Source: Neovahlkampfia damariscottae
Taxonomy: Eukaryota
Assembly (NCBI GenBank): GCA_016618085.1
Contig: JABLTG010000115.1
Location: 1 to 64,000 of the forward strand
Length of the DNA stretch: 64,000 bases
Direction: 5' to 3'
A model generated the notes under the pieces. It did no database searches and was not told the origin of the DNA. It was given only the letters and a program-made list of their open reading frames with translations. This document shows positions 1 through 12,707 of the stretch, piece by piece. How positions within the stretch are numbered: the stretch's first letter is position 1; every line of letters starts with the position of its first letter. The position numbers and the translations under genes were made by a program.

Positions 1-600
1 AAGAAAAGAATGAAGAAAAATTAAAAAAACAAGTTGAATCTTTGAAAGCTAATTTATCAAATTTACAAGAATCAATAAAACAAATTGAAAAATCACAAAA
101 GAAGAAAGAAGAAAAAAAAGAAGCAACAAAAAAACCTGAAACTATCGTGAAACCAACAGCAACAAATACTGATTCAATTGGTCCAATCATTGAAAAGATA
201 AAAAAAAATGATGGTTCTTTAACTGAATTAGTTTTATCAGGTAAAGGCTTAACAGACCTTGATGCAAAAAGAATATTTGAAGTTGCTGCTAACAATACAG
301 TTTTGGAAGTGTTAACTTTATCAAATAATCCAAAAATTACTGGTGAAGAATCTTGTGATGCAATTATAAACTTCATCAAAAACAATGACACATTACAAGA
401 GTATGTTTTTGATTTGATGTTTAATTTTTTTTTTTAGATTAAGTTTTGAAAAATGTCCGATTTCAAAAGCAACTATTAAATTAGTTCTCACTGTTCTTCC
501 TGAAAATACTTCATTGGTTCAATTATTCCTTGGAACAAATGAAAATGATTCAATTATTGATCAAATTGAAACAATCATGGACAGAAATTATAATTCTTAA
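1..600 (+). CDS. 3' end of a coiled-coil + leucine-rich-repeat (RNI/tropomodulin-like) protein, partial
   Basis: ORF 42-437 has LTELVLSGKGLTD and LEVLTLSNNPKIT LRRs; GT-AG intron ~402-438; last exon ends at TAA 598-600. Confidence 0.65.
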
Positions 601-833
601 AAATAAAAATATTATTTTAGTTTTCAATCAAATCCAACAATCATGTAAATTCGTTATTACAAATATTGTTGAAGTGTTCCAATTGATTGGACAACTGGTA
701 TTTTAGAAGGTTCCAGCTGATGCAAAATCAAAACTATCCTAATTCTTCCAATTTTTGGGTTTCTAAGAAAAATTGTTGTCGATGATTTTGATTGTAAAAC
801 TTACCTTGGAGAACCAATCAAAATCACCTAAAA

Positions 834-2531
834 ATGCAAAAGACAGTTGCGTTGTGTTTGTTTCTCGTGGTTTATGTTTTTGCTCACAGCTTAGATAATG
901 CACCTTTCACATGTGCTAACGAAGAAATGGATAAAGACGAACAAAAAAGGTTGGACCAACTTGCTGTTTGTGCTGCTCCATCTGTTAACAGCTGTTACCA
1001 CAAAGATAAAATGTATCACTCTTTTTTTCATCTAAAATCTTAAAATAGAGCGCAATACCCTTCGAAACCAAATGTTCTGGTACCAATTGTTTTTTACGGA
1101 GTTGACTGTCATGCTGAAGATGTTGCTTCATTTCCTGAAAACGTAGCTATTACAACTTCAACGCTCAACAAGTTATTCAGACCTATGGGTATTTTCTTTG
1201 AATCTTCAATCATCAATTTACCATGTAAAGGAACGTCTGGAAAATACAATATGGCTTCTCCAACAAATACAGAACTTAGAGCTTTTTTAAGTGCAGAAGT
1301 TAAATACAAAAACCCAAGAAAGTTTGTTATCTTAATTAGTCGAGCATCAGGTGTAAGCTATGCTGGATTTCATGGTCTTGGTGCTAAATATGGTTTCTTT
1401 GTCTACAAATACATGACAAACAAAATTGTTGCTGCTCATGAACTTGGTCATGGTTTTGGTTTACAACAGTAAGGATTTTATTTCTAATTGACTTCATTCA
1501 GCACTTTTTACAGAACAACAGCTCCAACTGCTTGTGCATGTGCAGAAAATGACAACACACCTGATCATTACCGTGGTGATTATTGTGCTGATACTCCTGG
1601 ATGTCCGAAAGTCCAAAGCAGAAGTGCAAATATTTCAACTTCTTCATTAAGCAATGGATGCCCAAAGAACGAAACATTTTGGAACAACCCTGTCAACAAT
1701 ATTATGTCTTATAATTTTGGTCCAGTTCCAGAATTCTCAGAATGTCAAATTAAAAGAGCGAGATGTTGTAAGTGAAATTAATCTTAAATATTTTCAGTTT
1801 GGGAAACAAGATTCAAAAAAAATACCGACTTCAAGAATACAACAGATTTAACATGTTTTGGAGAATCATTTGATGATGCTTGTGGAAAAAGAGGAATTTG
1901 TGTCAACAAAGATAAATGTATTTGTGATACAGGTTACTATGGAGATAAATGTGAATTGTACAACTGTAATGGAGTATCAAGTAATTCACCAACAGTTTGC
2001 AATGGTTTTGGAAATTGTACTGCATTAGATACATGTAGTTGCAATACTGGACATTCAAATAAATACTGTGATGGGTATTATTGCTTTGGAGTGGACAAAA
2101 GATCGAGTTCTGTTTGTTCAACTCATGGAAATTGTGTTGCTCACGATACATGTAAATGCGATGCAACATATGGTGGTTCAAAGTGTCATTTGACAAACAA
2201 AAACGTGTGCTATGGCTTAAATGCATTAGATTCAAAAGCATGCAGTGGAATTGATAAAGGTGAATGTAGAGCTAACGACAAATGTACTTGCTTTACAGGA
2301 TATTCAGGAAAAGACTGCTCCTATTGGGAATGCTTTGGAAAGAATAATACTGATACTACAGGATGTTCTGGAAAAGGAATTTGTACAGGTGCTGATAAAT
2401 GTACTTGTCAATCTGGATTCACAGGAGCAAAATGTGATCAAATGGGAAATGTCAATAACTTTGCAACATCAATGAAATATAATTTAATTTCCATCATTTT
2501 TGGAATGTTAATTTCGTTGTTATTGATTTAA
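834..2531 (+). CDS. Secreted/surface metzincin metalloprotease (pappalysin/M43-like) with EGF-like Cys repeats and hydrophobic C-terminal anchor; 4 exons
   Basis: Signal peptide; HELGHGFGLQ|H zinc motif completed across intron ~1469-1501; Met-turn NNIMSY; repeated CSGxGxC...CxC units; hydrophobic tail. Confidence 0.8.
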
Positions 2532-2646
2532 AATAAGACTATTGAGTGAATAAATATTTTTACTTTTTGTTATTGTTATAAAAGGAAATTTGATATTGAG
2601 AAAGGGGAAATGAAAACCTCAAAGTGACATTATTCTTGTTAAAATT

Positions 2647-3765
2647 TTATTTTTCTGGACGTGGAAATGATTCTGTAATGAAGTTTTGAGTTACTTTAAC
2701 ATATTCTGCTTTTCTTTGTAATTCTTTGATATTTTTAGCACCTCCATAAGTCAATGCTGATCTCAAACCACCACAAAATCTATCAATAATATCTTGAGCA
2801 GATCCAGTGCATTTTGCACTAAATTCAACACCTTCTGCAACAGTACCTGGTTTTAAACCACCATAGTAATCCATTTGAAACTCTTTTGATGCTTGACCTC
2901 TATATTTGCACATTATTGTTTCTGCACCTGTTTTTTCATCAATAAAGGTAACTTTTGGTGATGCAGATTCATAAGTTTTTGCAAAGATACTTCCCATCAT
3001 TACACAAGAAGCACCAGCAGCTAATGCTAAAACCATATCTTTTTCATGAACAATACCACCATCTGAGATAATAGGAACTCTTAATTTTTGAGCAACATTC
3101 GCAACTTCTAATAAAGCAGAAAATTGAGGTGTACCGAAACCTGTTTTGATTCTTGTTGAACAAGCAGCACCTGGACCTACACCAACTTTAATTGAGTCGG
3201 CACCTGCATTAACTAAATCTTGATAACCCATAGCAGTACAAACATTTCCAGCAATAATTTCAATATTTGGTTTTGCATATTTTAATTTTCTAACAAATTC
3301 AAGCATAGATAAAGAATGTCCATGAGCAATATCAATAACAACACCTCTTGGGCCGAGATCAATCAATTGATGTGTTTGTTCAATATTCATCAATCCACAA
3401 CTAATATAACATTTATCTTTGTATTTGTTGACCCAATTCTTTTGTGTTTCAAAAGATGTAAAACGATGAAAAATTGGATAAGTTCCATTTTTGATCAATA
3501 AATCAGCTAATTCGTCATTAATAACAGTATCCATGTTTGCAGCTAAAATTGGAACATCAATTTTTGTATCTTTTGTCAACCAAGTTTCTAATTGTGGTAT
3601 AGTTCTGCTTGGAACATTGCTAAAGAGTTATTTGGTGAGTGTATTTTATTTTATTTACTTGTATTGTGGAACTAATGCTACATCATTGAATGTTAAGAAT
3701 TCCTTTTCATGAAATGAACTTATGAACCTCTTTTTTGTTGAGAGCTTTAATTTTTTCAAAAACAT
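2647..3765 (-). CDS. IMP dehydrogenase/GMP reductase family enzyme without CBS domains
   Basis: First exon MFLKKLKLSTKKRFISSFHEKEFLTFNDVALVPQY; AANMDTV, DIAHGHS, GNV, catalytic loop KVGVGPGAACSTR, SDGGI, YRGQAS, AEGV. Confidence 0.85.
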
Positions 3766-3881
3766 TTGTAGTGTTGAGTTTAGTGTCCGTTTTTTTTCCT
3801 TCGAATTGACATTTTATTGGTGGAATAATTTTCGACCAATAATATCAGTTTCTGTTTCGGAGAAATTAAACGTCAAAAGTC

Positions 3882-4292
3882 ATGTTGAATTTGGATTATT
3901 TAAAAATTCCTTCAAAACTAATGTTTAGTTATGTGATTGTATTTTTAACAACAGGCATTTTTATGCACAACTTTGGCATGTTTTTACAAATTGCAAAATT
4001 CCAGTATTCCTTTCAAATTGTCACTTGCTATATTTTTTATATGGTTCCAATTGCAATTTATATGAGAAATTGGAAATACCAAGAACAATATATTTATGGT
4101 TTATTTTCAATGGCACTCCTTGAATTATCAGGATATACCTTAGAAACATCATATGCATACCCAAATAATTTGCTTGACAAAATATTTGGTATTCGAAATT
4201 TCAGTTTAGTAATGACCATTTTCTTTGGTTTGTACTATCCAATTTTGAATTTTTTAACTTTAAAATTTTATCAAAAATTAAAAACATTGTAA
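3882..4292 (+). CDS. Small multi-pass membrane protein, unknown function
   Basis: 136-aa ORF with about 4 hydrophobic segments. Confidence 0.55.
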   Translation: MLNLDYLKIPSKLMFSYVIVFLTTGIFMHNFGMFLQIAKFQYSFQIVTCYIFYMVPIAIYMRNWKYQEQYIYGLFSMALLELSGYTLETSYAYPNNLLDKIFGIRNFSLVMTIFFGLYYPILNFLTLKFYQKLKTL

Positions 4293-4370
4293 ATAAATTG
4301 ATTTTGTTATTATGAAGTTTTAACCACAACATGAATTAATTTCTCAATTTTTTTTCAAATCAAATTTTTA

Positions 4371-5765
4371 TTAAAATTGAAATCTAACATTTGATTGAAT
4401 TATTAAATATCCATCTTTTTTGTTGATTGTTGGTTCAATAAGTTTGACTTCAGGCATTACAGGTAAATTAAAACCTTTCAAGAGAACTTTATTGATTTCA
4501 ATAATCGCAAAAGGAAAGATATAATTATTAAGTGAATCATTCAAAAATTTGAAATCGATATTTCCAACATTTGATCTAATTAATTTCATATATTTTGATA
4601 AATAAATCAATTGAAGAATAATTCTTTCATTTTCAATCTTCACTGTTCCTGAACAAGTAATTGTTGTATTTGAAGAAATTACATGAACTAAATTATCTTG
4701 TTTAACAAAAAAATCCATTTCTCCCTTTAAATTTACTGTGATGTTCTTTGAGAATATTTCAATATTTGGAGTTTCTAATGTTTTCAAAGTGATGAGCATT
4801 TCTTTATTTGGATACTTAGAAAAAAGACCAGGTGCAGTTAGTTTCATAAATGGATGAGCTGTATTCAAAATCTTTCCTGGATTTGGCATCATTGAGTTAT
4901 CAATTTTAGTTTTTAACAAGTTTTGTTCATGCATTTGTTCTGCAGCTGTCAAAAGAGGAAATTCAGAAACAAGTACTGTTAATCCAACATTAGTATCCAT
5001 GATATTTGGCATTGGTTTTGGTAAGAATCTCGTTGGTTTTCTATTTTGACTATTGAAACATTCTCCTTTGAATTGAAATAAAGTATAACCTGAATTGACG
5101 ATTGGTTGTTGTGTCATTAAATAATCTAAATGAATATTATTGTATAATTTAACATCATAAGGAATTCCTAAAAAGAATTTGTTTGCATTGTTGTTGATTA
5201 TTTTAATGGATTCATTGTTGATTGTGTTTTGTAAATTTGTGTGAATGGATGATCTGAAAGAATTCATGATTAATTGAGTAACTCCACCTGCTCCTCCTCT
5301 TGTGATTTTAACTCTGAAACTTCTTAAAAATAGCGATGATGAAAGAGCTTTTACAAGAGCTTTTCCTCCTTGATTTGCGACTTGCATTAACATGTTTCCA
5401 TCAAAGTTTGAATAAATTTCTGCTCGTCCAACGTTCCACCACCACCCTGTTTTAACTTTCCATCTAATCGTAAGCATAGAATCGCATTTTTGAATGTGAA
5501 CTCTAAATTTATCTGAAGGAACAAAAGAAGTGGATGAACTGATGGCAATTCTACGAATGAAAATTTCTTCAACAATGAACTTTGATGAACTAAAGTTTGG
5601 TAATTGTAAACCAGTTGCTACATTTTGTAAATCATTCATGAATTTTCTTTGGACAAGATTGAAAGTAGGATTTGTGAAACCGATTTTTATGCCTGGTACA
5701 GTGGAAACAGCATCAGTAATTCCAAGAGCAATGACGATAAAGCAGAATATTGTGAAACCTCTCAT
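4371..5765 (-). CDS. LBP/BPI/CETP-family lipid-binding secreted protein
   Basis: 464 aa, signal peptide, PGIKIGFT start, FKGECF, VSEFPLLTA, PGLFSKYPN, C-terminal GFNLP...DGYLII pattern of the two-barrel BPI fold; intronless. Confidence 0.85.
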   Translation of the reverse strand: MRGFTIFCFIVIALGITDAVSTVPGIKIGFTNPTFNLVQRKFMNDLQNVATGLQLPNFSSSKFIVEEIFIRRIAISSSTSFVPSDKFRVHIQKCDSMLTIRWKVKTGWWWNVGRAEIYSNFDGNMLMQVANQGGKALVKALSSSLFLRSFRVKITRGGAGGVTQLIMNSFRSSIHTNLQNTINNESIKIINNNANKFFLGIPYDVKLYNNIHLDYLMTQQPIVNSGYTLFQFKGECFNSQNRKPTRFLPKPMPNIMDTNVGLTVLVSEFPLLTAAEQMHEQNLLKTKIDNSMMPNPGKILNTAHPFMKLTAPGLFSKYPNKEMLITLKTLETPNIEIFSKNITVNLKGEMDFFVKQDNLVHVISSNTTITCSGTVKIENERIILQLIYLSKYMKLIRSNVGNIDFKFLNDSLNNYIFPFAIIEINKVLLKGFNLPVMPEVKLIEPTINKKDGYLIIQSNVRFQF

Positions 5766-6633
5766 AATTTTTTTGTGTAAAGAAACAAAAAAGAATCATT
5801 TTTATAGGTTCATAAAAACTGAGTGAAGCTGAGCAAAACTGAGCAAGGATAAGTGATTGGTGGAAATGTGAAGTTGATTTAATTGATTTTTTATTGCAAT
5901 ACTTGTGAAGTTATAATTTGGATTAAATTTATTTTTTAATTCTTTTCCTCATTTATGAAAAGTACTCCAAATTCGTTATACAATTTCTCCATGAATCACA
6001 CAGAAATCTCTTCTACGAAAAATATTCAACAGATTTTCCAACAGCAAGAAATACTTCATATATCTGTTGCAAAGGTTTAAACGTCTTGCTTCGTCCACGT
6101 AACCATTTTCCAACTTGGACAACTTTGTGATCAAAAATATCAACCAATAACACTTTTTCAGATTCTCAGATATTGGTTTGTGATATCCCTGTTCGGAAAT
6201 ATGACATATTTTTTGGAATCATCTTTTCTTCAACTTGTTTTTGATGCTTGCTTTTTTTCTGTATCTGCTCTTGTGCTGAAGTTATTTCATATTCCTTTGA
6301 TGAATTTAAAAATATTTTTTGGCTCTATAACTGAAAACTATGAATGCAGTTGTGGATATCTTTGAAAAAAAAATTGGAGAAATCTAAATGTAGGGAATTA
6401 TGTGTATCCGAATTTGATGAAGAAGAGAGTTCTGCAATTAGAAAGACAAATTTGTCGTTGTTCACATTGTGATTGTTCAAAGACTGCTTTTCGTTTAGTT
6501 ATTTTCACAAAAATTTCACCGATTTTGCATATTTCATCTGTTCTACTCTTGATTGGAATCTATTGTGGTGGAATGAATCAACAATTCAGATAAAATTGGA
6601 AAATGTGTTATTCAACTAAAAGCTGATTTATTA

Positions 6634-7503
6634 TCAAGACCAGATAAATAAACTGAAAGAGAACGATATCTTCATGGAATCACTACTAATAGTGGATATA
6701 GTTGGGGTAACAGTAGCAGTGGCACAATCAAATTGTTTTACATGAGTATTCAATTGAATTTTCAAAGAACTATAATCATATTGAATTTCTGCTTTATCAC
6801 ATGCAACTCCATTAATTTGTGGTGATGTATTTTCTAAACAACCTTTTAAACAATTGACTGTATATGGATATTTTGAGTTAGCCGTCAAATGATAATGATA
6901 ATAAGGATATGTTATATCTACATGTCCATTGCATTCATCTAAATTTGTAGGGTACGTTCCGTTGTCTCCAAAAACCCCATAAAGTGGTACTCCATCATAC
7001 ATAACTGCAAATAAAGGTGAATGTTTTCCCAAAACACCTGTGTAAACACAATTTTTTCCAGGTTCGTTATGGTAGTGATAAATTCCATTTTCTTGTGACA
7101 TTCCTTTTCCAGGGCTATTATGACCTGCACATTTATCAAATCTATTTGATGTAAATAGTTTTTTTTGAAATTACGTTGCTCCTTCATAAACAAATGCGTC
7201 TCTAGTTGTATTGTTTTATTTACCTTGCGCTCTTTGAGATTATTGGTGTTGTTGGAGCTTCAAATTGAATACATTGAGCTGCTGCTTTGTTTGGTGTTTT
7301 TTGTGATGTCCAGTCATATCTAAAAGTGATTAAGAACTTTTTTTTTATTACCCTGGACAACTCAGTCCTTGATAAGTTGTTCTCTTTGTATTCGTGTCAT
7401 ATTTTGTTTGAAATCCTACTTTATTTAAACCTGTACCACATTGAACTGCAAAAGTTGTAAAAACTAATGTCAACACTACAATTTGAAAAAGTTGACTTGA
7501 CAT
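6634..7503 (-). CDS. YHYH-domain secreted protein, possibly degenerate
   Basis: Signal peptide from ATG 7503; DKCAGH, GIYHYH, DGVPLYG, LDECNGH, YYHYH motifs; short introns. Confidence 0.7.
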
Positions 7504-7611
7504 TGATGATTGGTCAATTCACCTAAGTTCTTAAAATGGTGAATGATTAGAAGAGTTTCCAAACAAACTAATTGGACCAAAATCTCGAATTCACTGAAGT
7601 GAATTTCTGAT

Positions 7612-10122
7612 TTAAACAACTTGTTGAGTTTCGTTTTTTTTCTTCAATTCTTCAAGTTTAATGTTCAGTTTTCGACGATGTCCAGGCAAAGTTATTCCAA
7701 TTGAATCAAAATCTTCATCTGTCAACCCATATTCAACTAAAAATTCAAAATCATCATATCCCTTTGAAAGAAATCCAGAAATGTATTGATCCAGCCCAAT
7801 ATCTTCCAGAAAGGATGTGATTGAATAATTTGATTTTTCTCTTGATTCCAATAATGAATCACTTTGACCCAATGACTCTTGTGAATCAAATAACAATGAA
7901 TCAGTACCCAAAGAGTTTGAAAATATCTTTTCATCTTCATTATCTGTATATTTAATCTCTTCATCTTTTGGAGCTACTTTAAGTTCGAATTCAATTTTTT
8001 TGAAAATTTCCAACAATTCAATTGCTTTTGGTCTATTTTTTGGATTGCTACTGACACAACTTGTTATAATTTTGACATACTGAGCAGAAAATTTCCAATT
8101 TTTTTCAGCAAAAAATTCAGGAATTGCGTCACGATTTTTTGATAATTTGAAATCATAATAATTTCTATTTGAACTTCTTTTGTGATTATATTGTTCGAAA
8201 ATTAAAAATAATATAACACCAAAAGACCAAATATCCACTGAAAAATTATAATTGTTACTTTCAAAGAATTCAGGTGCCATGAAATTCATTGATCCAACAA
8301 CTGAGTGAGCAATTGATTTATCAACATTTTTAGATAGACCAAAATCAGCTATTTTAAAAATCAATTTCTCTCCTTCTTTCAAAATGAATATATTTTCAGG
8401 TTTTAAATCTCGATGAAGTATTTGATGTTGATGACAATAAGTCAAACCTTCTAAAATTTGAATTGTCAATTGAATAAGTTCTAATTCTTTCAAAATATTT
8501 TTCTTCTTTGTGATGTATTTTTCTAAATCACCTTGTTCACAATATGGAAAAACTAAACAAAGTTCAACACGATCAAATTTTTTTCGAATGAAATGATCTA
8601 CTAAATTCAATACATTTATATGTCTCATTTGTTGGAGAATTTGAATTTCTTTGATATCTGGTAATAATTCCATAATTTCAGAAACTTCTTTTTTTTCTTC
8701 TTCTTCTGTGAGTTGATCTAAAACCATTGATTTTACAGCATATTGTTCATTGGTGTATTGTTTCTTTCCAAGATAAACAATACCTTGAGCACCACTTCCA
8801 AGTCTTTTAATAACTTCATATTCACCAATGTATGTTTTTTTCTTTTTAACTTTTTGATTTTTTGAAAGTTCTGTATCAAATGTCCAAAATGAAGATGTAT
8901 GTTTCCAAGATTTTAAATTTGGTGAGTATTTTATACCACCATTAAATAATATTTTATCAGTGTCAATAATGGTTGATGAAATTCTCATTCTGATGTTTGA
9001 TACGTCTTCTTTAATGAATTCCCAATATCCATCTGAAAATTTGTAAATATTATCCATTTCTTTTGCTGAAAATGGATCTTCTCCAATTCCATAAAGAACA
9101 AAAAAAGTTTCACCAATTGAAATCATTGAATGACCATATCTTGGTGACGGTCTCAAACCATCAATTTTAATTTCTTTCCAACTGTTCATTGATAAATTAA
9201 AAAACCATAAATCATCATAAATACATTCTCTGAACCTTCCTCCAAAAATAAACCTTTGAAGAAGAATTTAAAAAAATCAAGTTATTACATTTTGTCCTCA
9301 ATGATGGTTGCAGAATGTTGAAATCTTAAACCTGGATAATCTGATACAATTGGTGATGTTTCTTCTTTATGTACTGATCCAGGATGTAATTGTATCCATA
9401 TGAATTCATTCTCAAGAGTTTCTTTCAACATCCAAACATCATTTAAAAGATATCCCAAATAAGAACCACCAAAAATGATGATATTTGTATTATATACACA
9501 TGCTGTGTGATTATGTCTCGCTAAAGGAGTTTTTTGAGGATCTTTTGATGATACAATTGGTTGTATCCATTTATATTTATTTGGAATAGTGGAAAGAATC
9601 CAAATATCATTTAAAGAATATTTTTCGTCGTCTATGCCACCATATAACAAAATTCTGTTTTCCTCTAAAAGTGATAGAGTATGTCTGTCTCTGGCTTCTT
9701 TTTTTAATTGTTGTTAAAATGATTTTTTTTTTACTTGGTTGTTGTTCTGAAGTTGTCATGGAAAAATTAAAAAATTTTGAAATAGTTCCTTTTGATTTAT
9801 CCCAGTTATAATTTTTCATTTGTTTTGTTTCTGTGTCAAAAATCAAGACATTATTAGTTCTTTCATTGTTTGCTTCTTGTCCACCAAATAAAACAACAAT
9901 TGGATCATCTTGTAAGTTAATCATTGAATGACCTGCTAATGAAGGCTTTGTTGACTCTTTCTTTTGTTGTTGAAAAGAATATTGCATGGATTTTATTATC
10001 GAATTTTGATTTGATTGTTTAGAATGATCTTTTTTCTTTGATTTTTGTTTTTTTTCTGATTTTGTAAATGGAGATATAGTTTCAAAGGATAATCTTTTTT
10101 TCTTTTTTTCTCCTTCTTTCAT
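7612..10122 (-). CDS. Kelch-repeat + Ser/Thr protein kinase + C-terminal SAM domain protein
   Basis: Kelch repeats (GHS..LFGG, ARHNHTAC..IFGG, PRYGHS); kinase GSGAQG, HRDLKPEN, DFG, APE; SAM-like FLEDIGLDQY...IGITLPGHRRKL; joined by short introns. Confidence 0.85.
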
Positions 10123-10180
10123 TGATAACAACAATCAAAAAGAGAACTTTTATTTGGATTGGTGGAAAAATAGAATTTAT

Positions 10181-11310
10181 TTATAAACAACAAAGAGGAT
10201 TAAATGAACTTTCTTTTGTTCTTTCATGAATTTCTAAGTGAATAAATAATCTTGTACAACTAATGATTGTGATTGGATACAATAAAATTAAATTTGGTGG
10301 GAAAATAATACAAAGGAAGATTATTCCTGTTCCTAAACCGAGAAATATGATCATATTATTCCAAATTGTTTTAACTTCATCCATGAATTTATATTCTCTT
10401 CTGTCAAAAATGACTAAAAAAATAAAAAATAAAAAAAATCAAACCATCAAGACCAAACAATGGAAGTTCAATAATAGCAAGCCCTATAATCACGATAGTA
10501 TAAGAAATTATACCCATGAATGGAATTGGTATCAAAGCAGCAAAAACTAAACCTAGTATGTTTGTAACTAGAATTGTCAACACTTTTACAATGTATCTTT
10601 TGATAACAGATTTAACAATTTTCCAACCATATTTTACAATTCCTTTTAACTTTGAAACACAAAATGCTTTGCACCACATTGGTGTACAACATTTTTTGCG
10701 ATCTAAATGTTCACCAAAACAAAAATCATGAGCGTATATATCTCCTCCTAACATTTCTTTTTCCACTAAATAAGAAAGTCTTTGCTGAGAAAATTTTGAG
10801 TTTTAATTTTTTTTTTTCTTACAGCATTGCTGTTGAACAGAATTAAAAAAGGTAAAAATGAAGCAAAAAATAAGATCATAATGAGTATTAAACATGTAAA
10901 CACAACTAGTCCAAATCTTAAAGTTGCTAAATTATACGGTATGAAGCCCCAAAGAAAATTCCAAGCATCAGCCTGTCAAGGTAAAAATTAAAATTAGATG
11001 TTACTTGATGTGGAACAATTAAGTCTATGAACACATTTCCAAAAAATATTCCTAAAGCAATACTGGCAACAATTATTAAATTCAACACTAAAGTGTCCGC
11101 CAAAGCAAGAATTGAATATGATTTAGTGAAACATAAGAGTAATGCTTTGAAAGGATACTTAAACCCACTCCAAAATCTTTTTGGAAACCAAGGAGAACCT
11201 GGATCTTCGAAAATCTGTTGGACTTGGATTGGAACGTCACCACCTTCAACTGTATCCGTATATATTTGAGGTTGTTGAGTATACTCCTCTTGTAAGTCTG
11301 AGTCTTCCAT
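10181..11310 (-). CDS. EI24/CysZ-like multi-pass membrane protein
   Basis: ATG 11310; FWSGFKYPFKAL motif followed by several TM segments over 4 exons; LLYPITIIS near the C-terminus. Confidence 0.5.
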
Positions 11311-11435
11311 TAATCTTTGTAATTGATGTAGAAAGCAAATATGATAGGTCCATTTAACAAACGGAAAAATCGAAATTGAGGATTTCAGTTTTCCATTTTT
11401 TTTCCACAAAGCTAAAAGTAATAAAAAATAACTAA

Positions 11436-11517
11436 TCGGGTGTGGTATAGTGGTAGAATTCAAGACTGTCAAAACAACAGTACTCTTGCGACCCGGGTTC
11501 AATTCCCGGCACTCGAG
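11436..11517 (+). tRNA. tRNA-Asp(GTC) with 11-nt intron at the canonical 37/38 position
   Basis: Acceptor TCGGGTG/CACTCGA; D-arm GTATAGTGGTAGAAT; anticodon stem CAAGA-CT-GTC-A[aaacaacagta]C-TCTTG; T-arm CCGGG-TTCAATT-CCCGG; T-run downstream. Confidence 0.95.
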
Positions 11518-11937
11518 ACTATATTTTTTTTACACAATGATTTTTTTGTTGTGGAATCCAAAAAATACCCAATTTAATTGTCTTCAGTGGGACTTCCATA
11601 GCTGTAATCCATAGACATTTATTTTCAAATGCTCTTTTATATTCTCTTTTGACTGTCCGTGCTGGATATTTTCCTCCAATAACTCGATTTCGATTTTGAT
11701 TTGGAATTTTCTTAAATTGTGATGCCTTATATCCAGGTCCCAATTATTTCCATTTTTCCTTAACTGTTACCAAAAAAGACCATTTTAAAATCAAAAAATG
11801 ATGAATGTTTCTACCATAGTGTTGAATCATTCAAATCTGAACAAGAAATTTGTTTTTTTCTCTTCATTTTTATTGGGAGAAGTTGAATATCCAATGATCA
11901 GGAATCAAATTGAAAAAACGAAAACGAAAAAGAACAA

Positions 11938-12624
11938 TGAAAGAGAATTTTTCAAAAATGAAATCAAATTCATTCAAAATCGAAGAACCAACTTGCATGA
12001 ACTGTTTAGCTGACGTAACGAATAGTCAAATAAATTTGGATGAAAACTGCGTTGTATTTTGCTCTGGAAAGTGTCGTTCTGAACATCATCAATTCAAAAA
12101 TACGACTGATTCATTGACTACAGTCGAATCGCCACCAAAACTCGAAGATATTACATTCAGTGTAGAAAAAGATTGGAATCAATTGAAATCAAATTATCAA
12201 GCCTCGACAAAATTTGTCAAAGTATGTAACTCAAGTTGAGTTTTAAAATTATTCATAGTTCATTTTCATTGTCGCTTTTTCAACATTTGGATTGATTTTC
12301 TTCAATTATGGGGTCAAAAAATTTAACTTTTACAATGATCTTCATCAAGATTTTGCTACTTTCCTTCATTTTTTCACTTCCTTTGGTTTATTTTATCAAA
12401 CTTTAAGAAATTATTATTTTTTTGAAGATTTATTTGGACTTGATTGTATCTTTTCTTTCACAATATTTTTAGAAACCTTTTGTTTTTTTAAATTTGGGAT
12501 TAATTCAGAACAACAAAACAGATTGAATTATATTCTTTTGTGTTTTATTTGTCCAATTCTTTTTTTTTTCAACTGGATTTGTTTCAGAATATTGAAATCA
12601 ATGAACAGAGATTTGAAAAAATAA
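11938..12624 (+). CDS. Hypothetical protein with N-terminal Cys cluster (CMNC...FCSGKC) and C-terminal TM helices
   Basis: ORFs 11910-12239 and 12292-12624 are separated by a plausible short intron. Confidence 0.4.
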
Positions 12625-12707
12625 AAATATTTTTTTTCTTCTTCTTTTGGTTCATAAAAAATAACGATGAAGAAAGTATTGATTCCATTGGTTGATTTTA
12701 TACAGTT

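Noticed and set aside
1860..2440. Cys-rich repeats as a CRISPR-like or DNA tandem array
   Set aside because: They are degenerate protein-level EGF-like repeats within a CDS; there are no identical DNA repeats with spacers
5814..5846. Short AAAACTGAG / CTGAGCAA repeats upstream of the LBP/BPI gene
   Set aside because: Too short to assign a function; may be promoter sequence or chance
10927..11502. 191-aa ORF start overlapping the tRNA
   Set aside because: The N-terminal extension is antisense to tRNA-Asp; the real start is more likely ATG 11310
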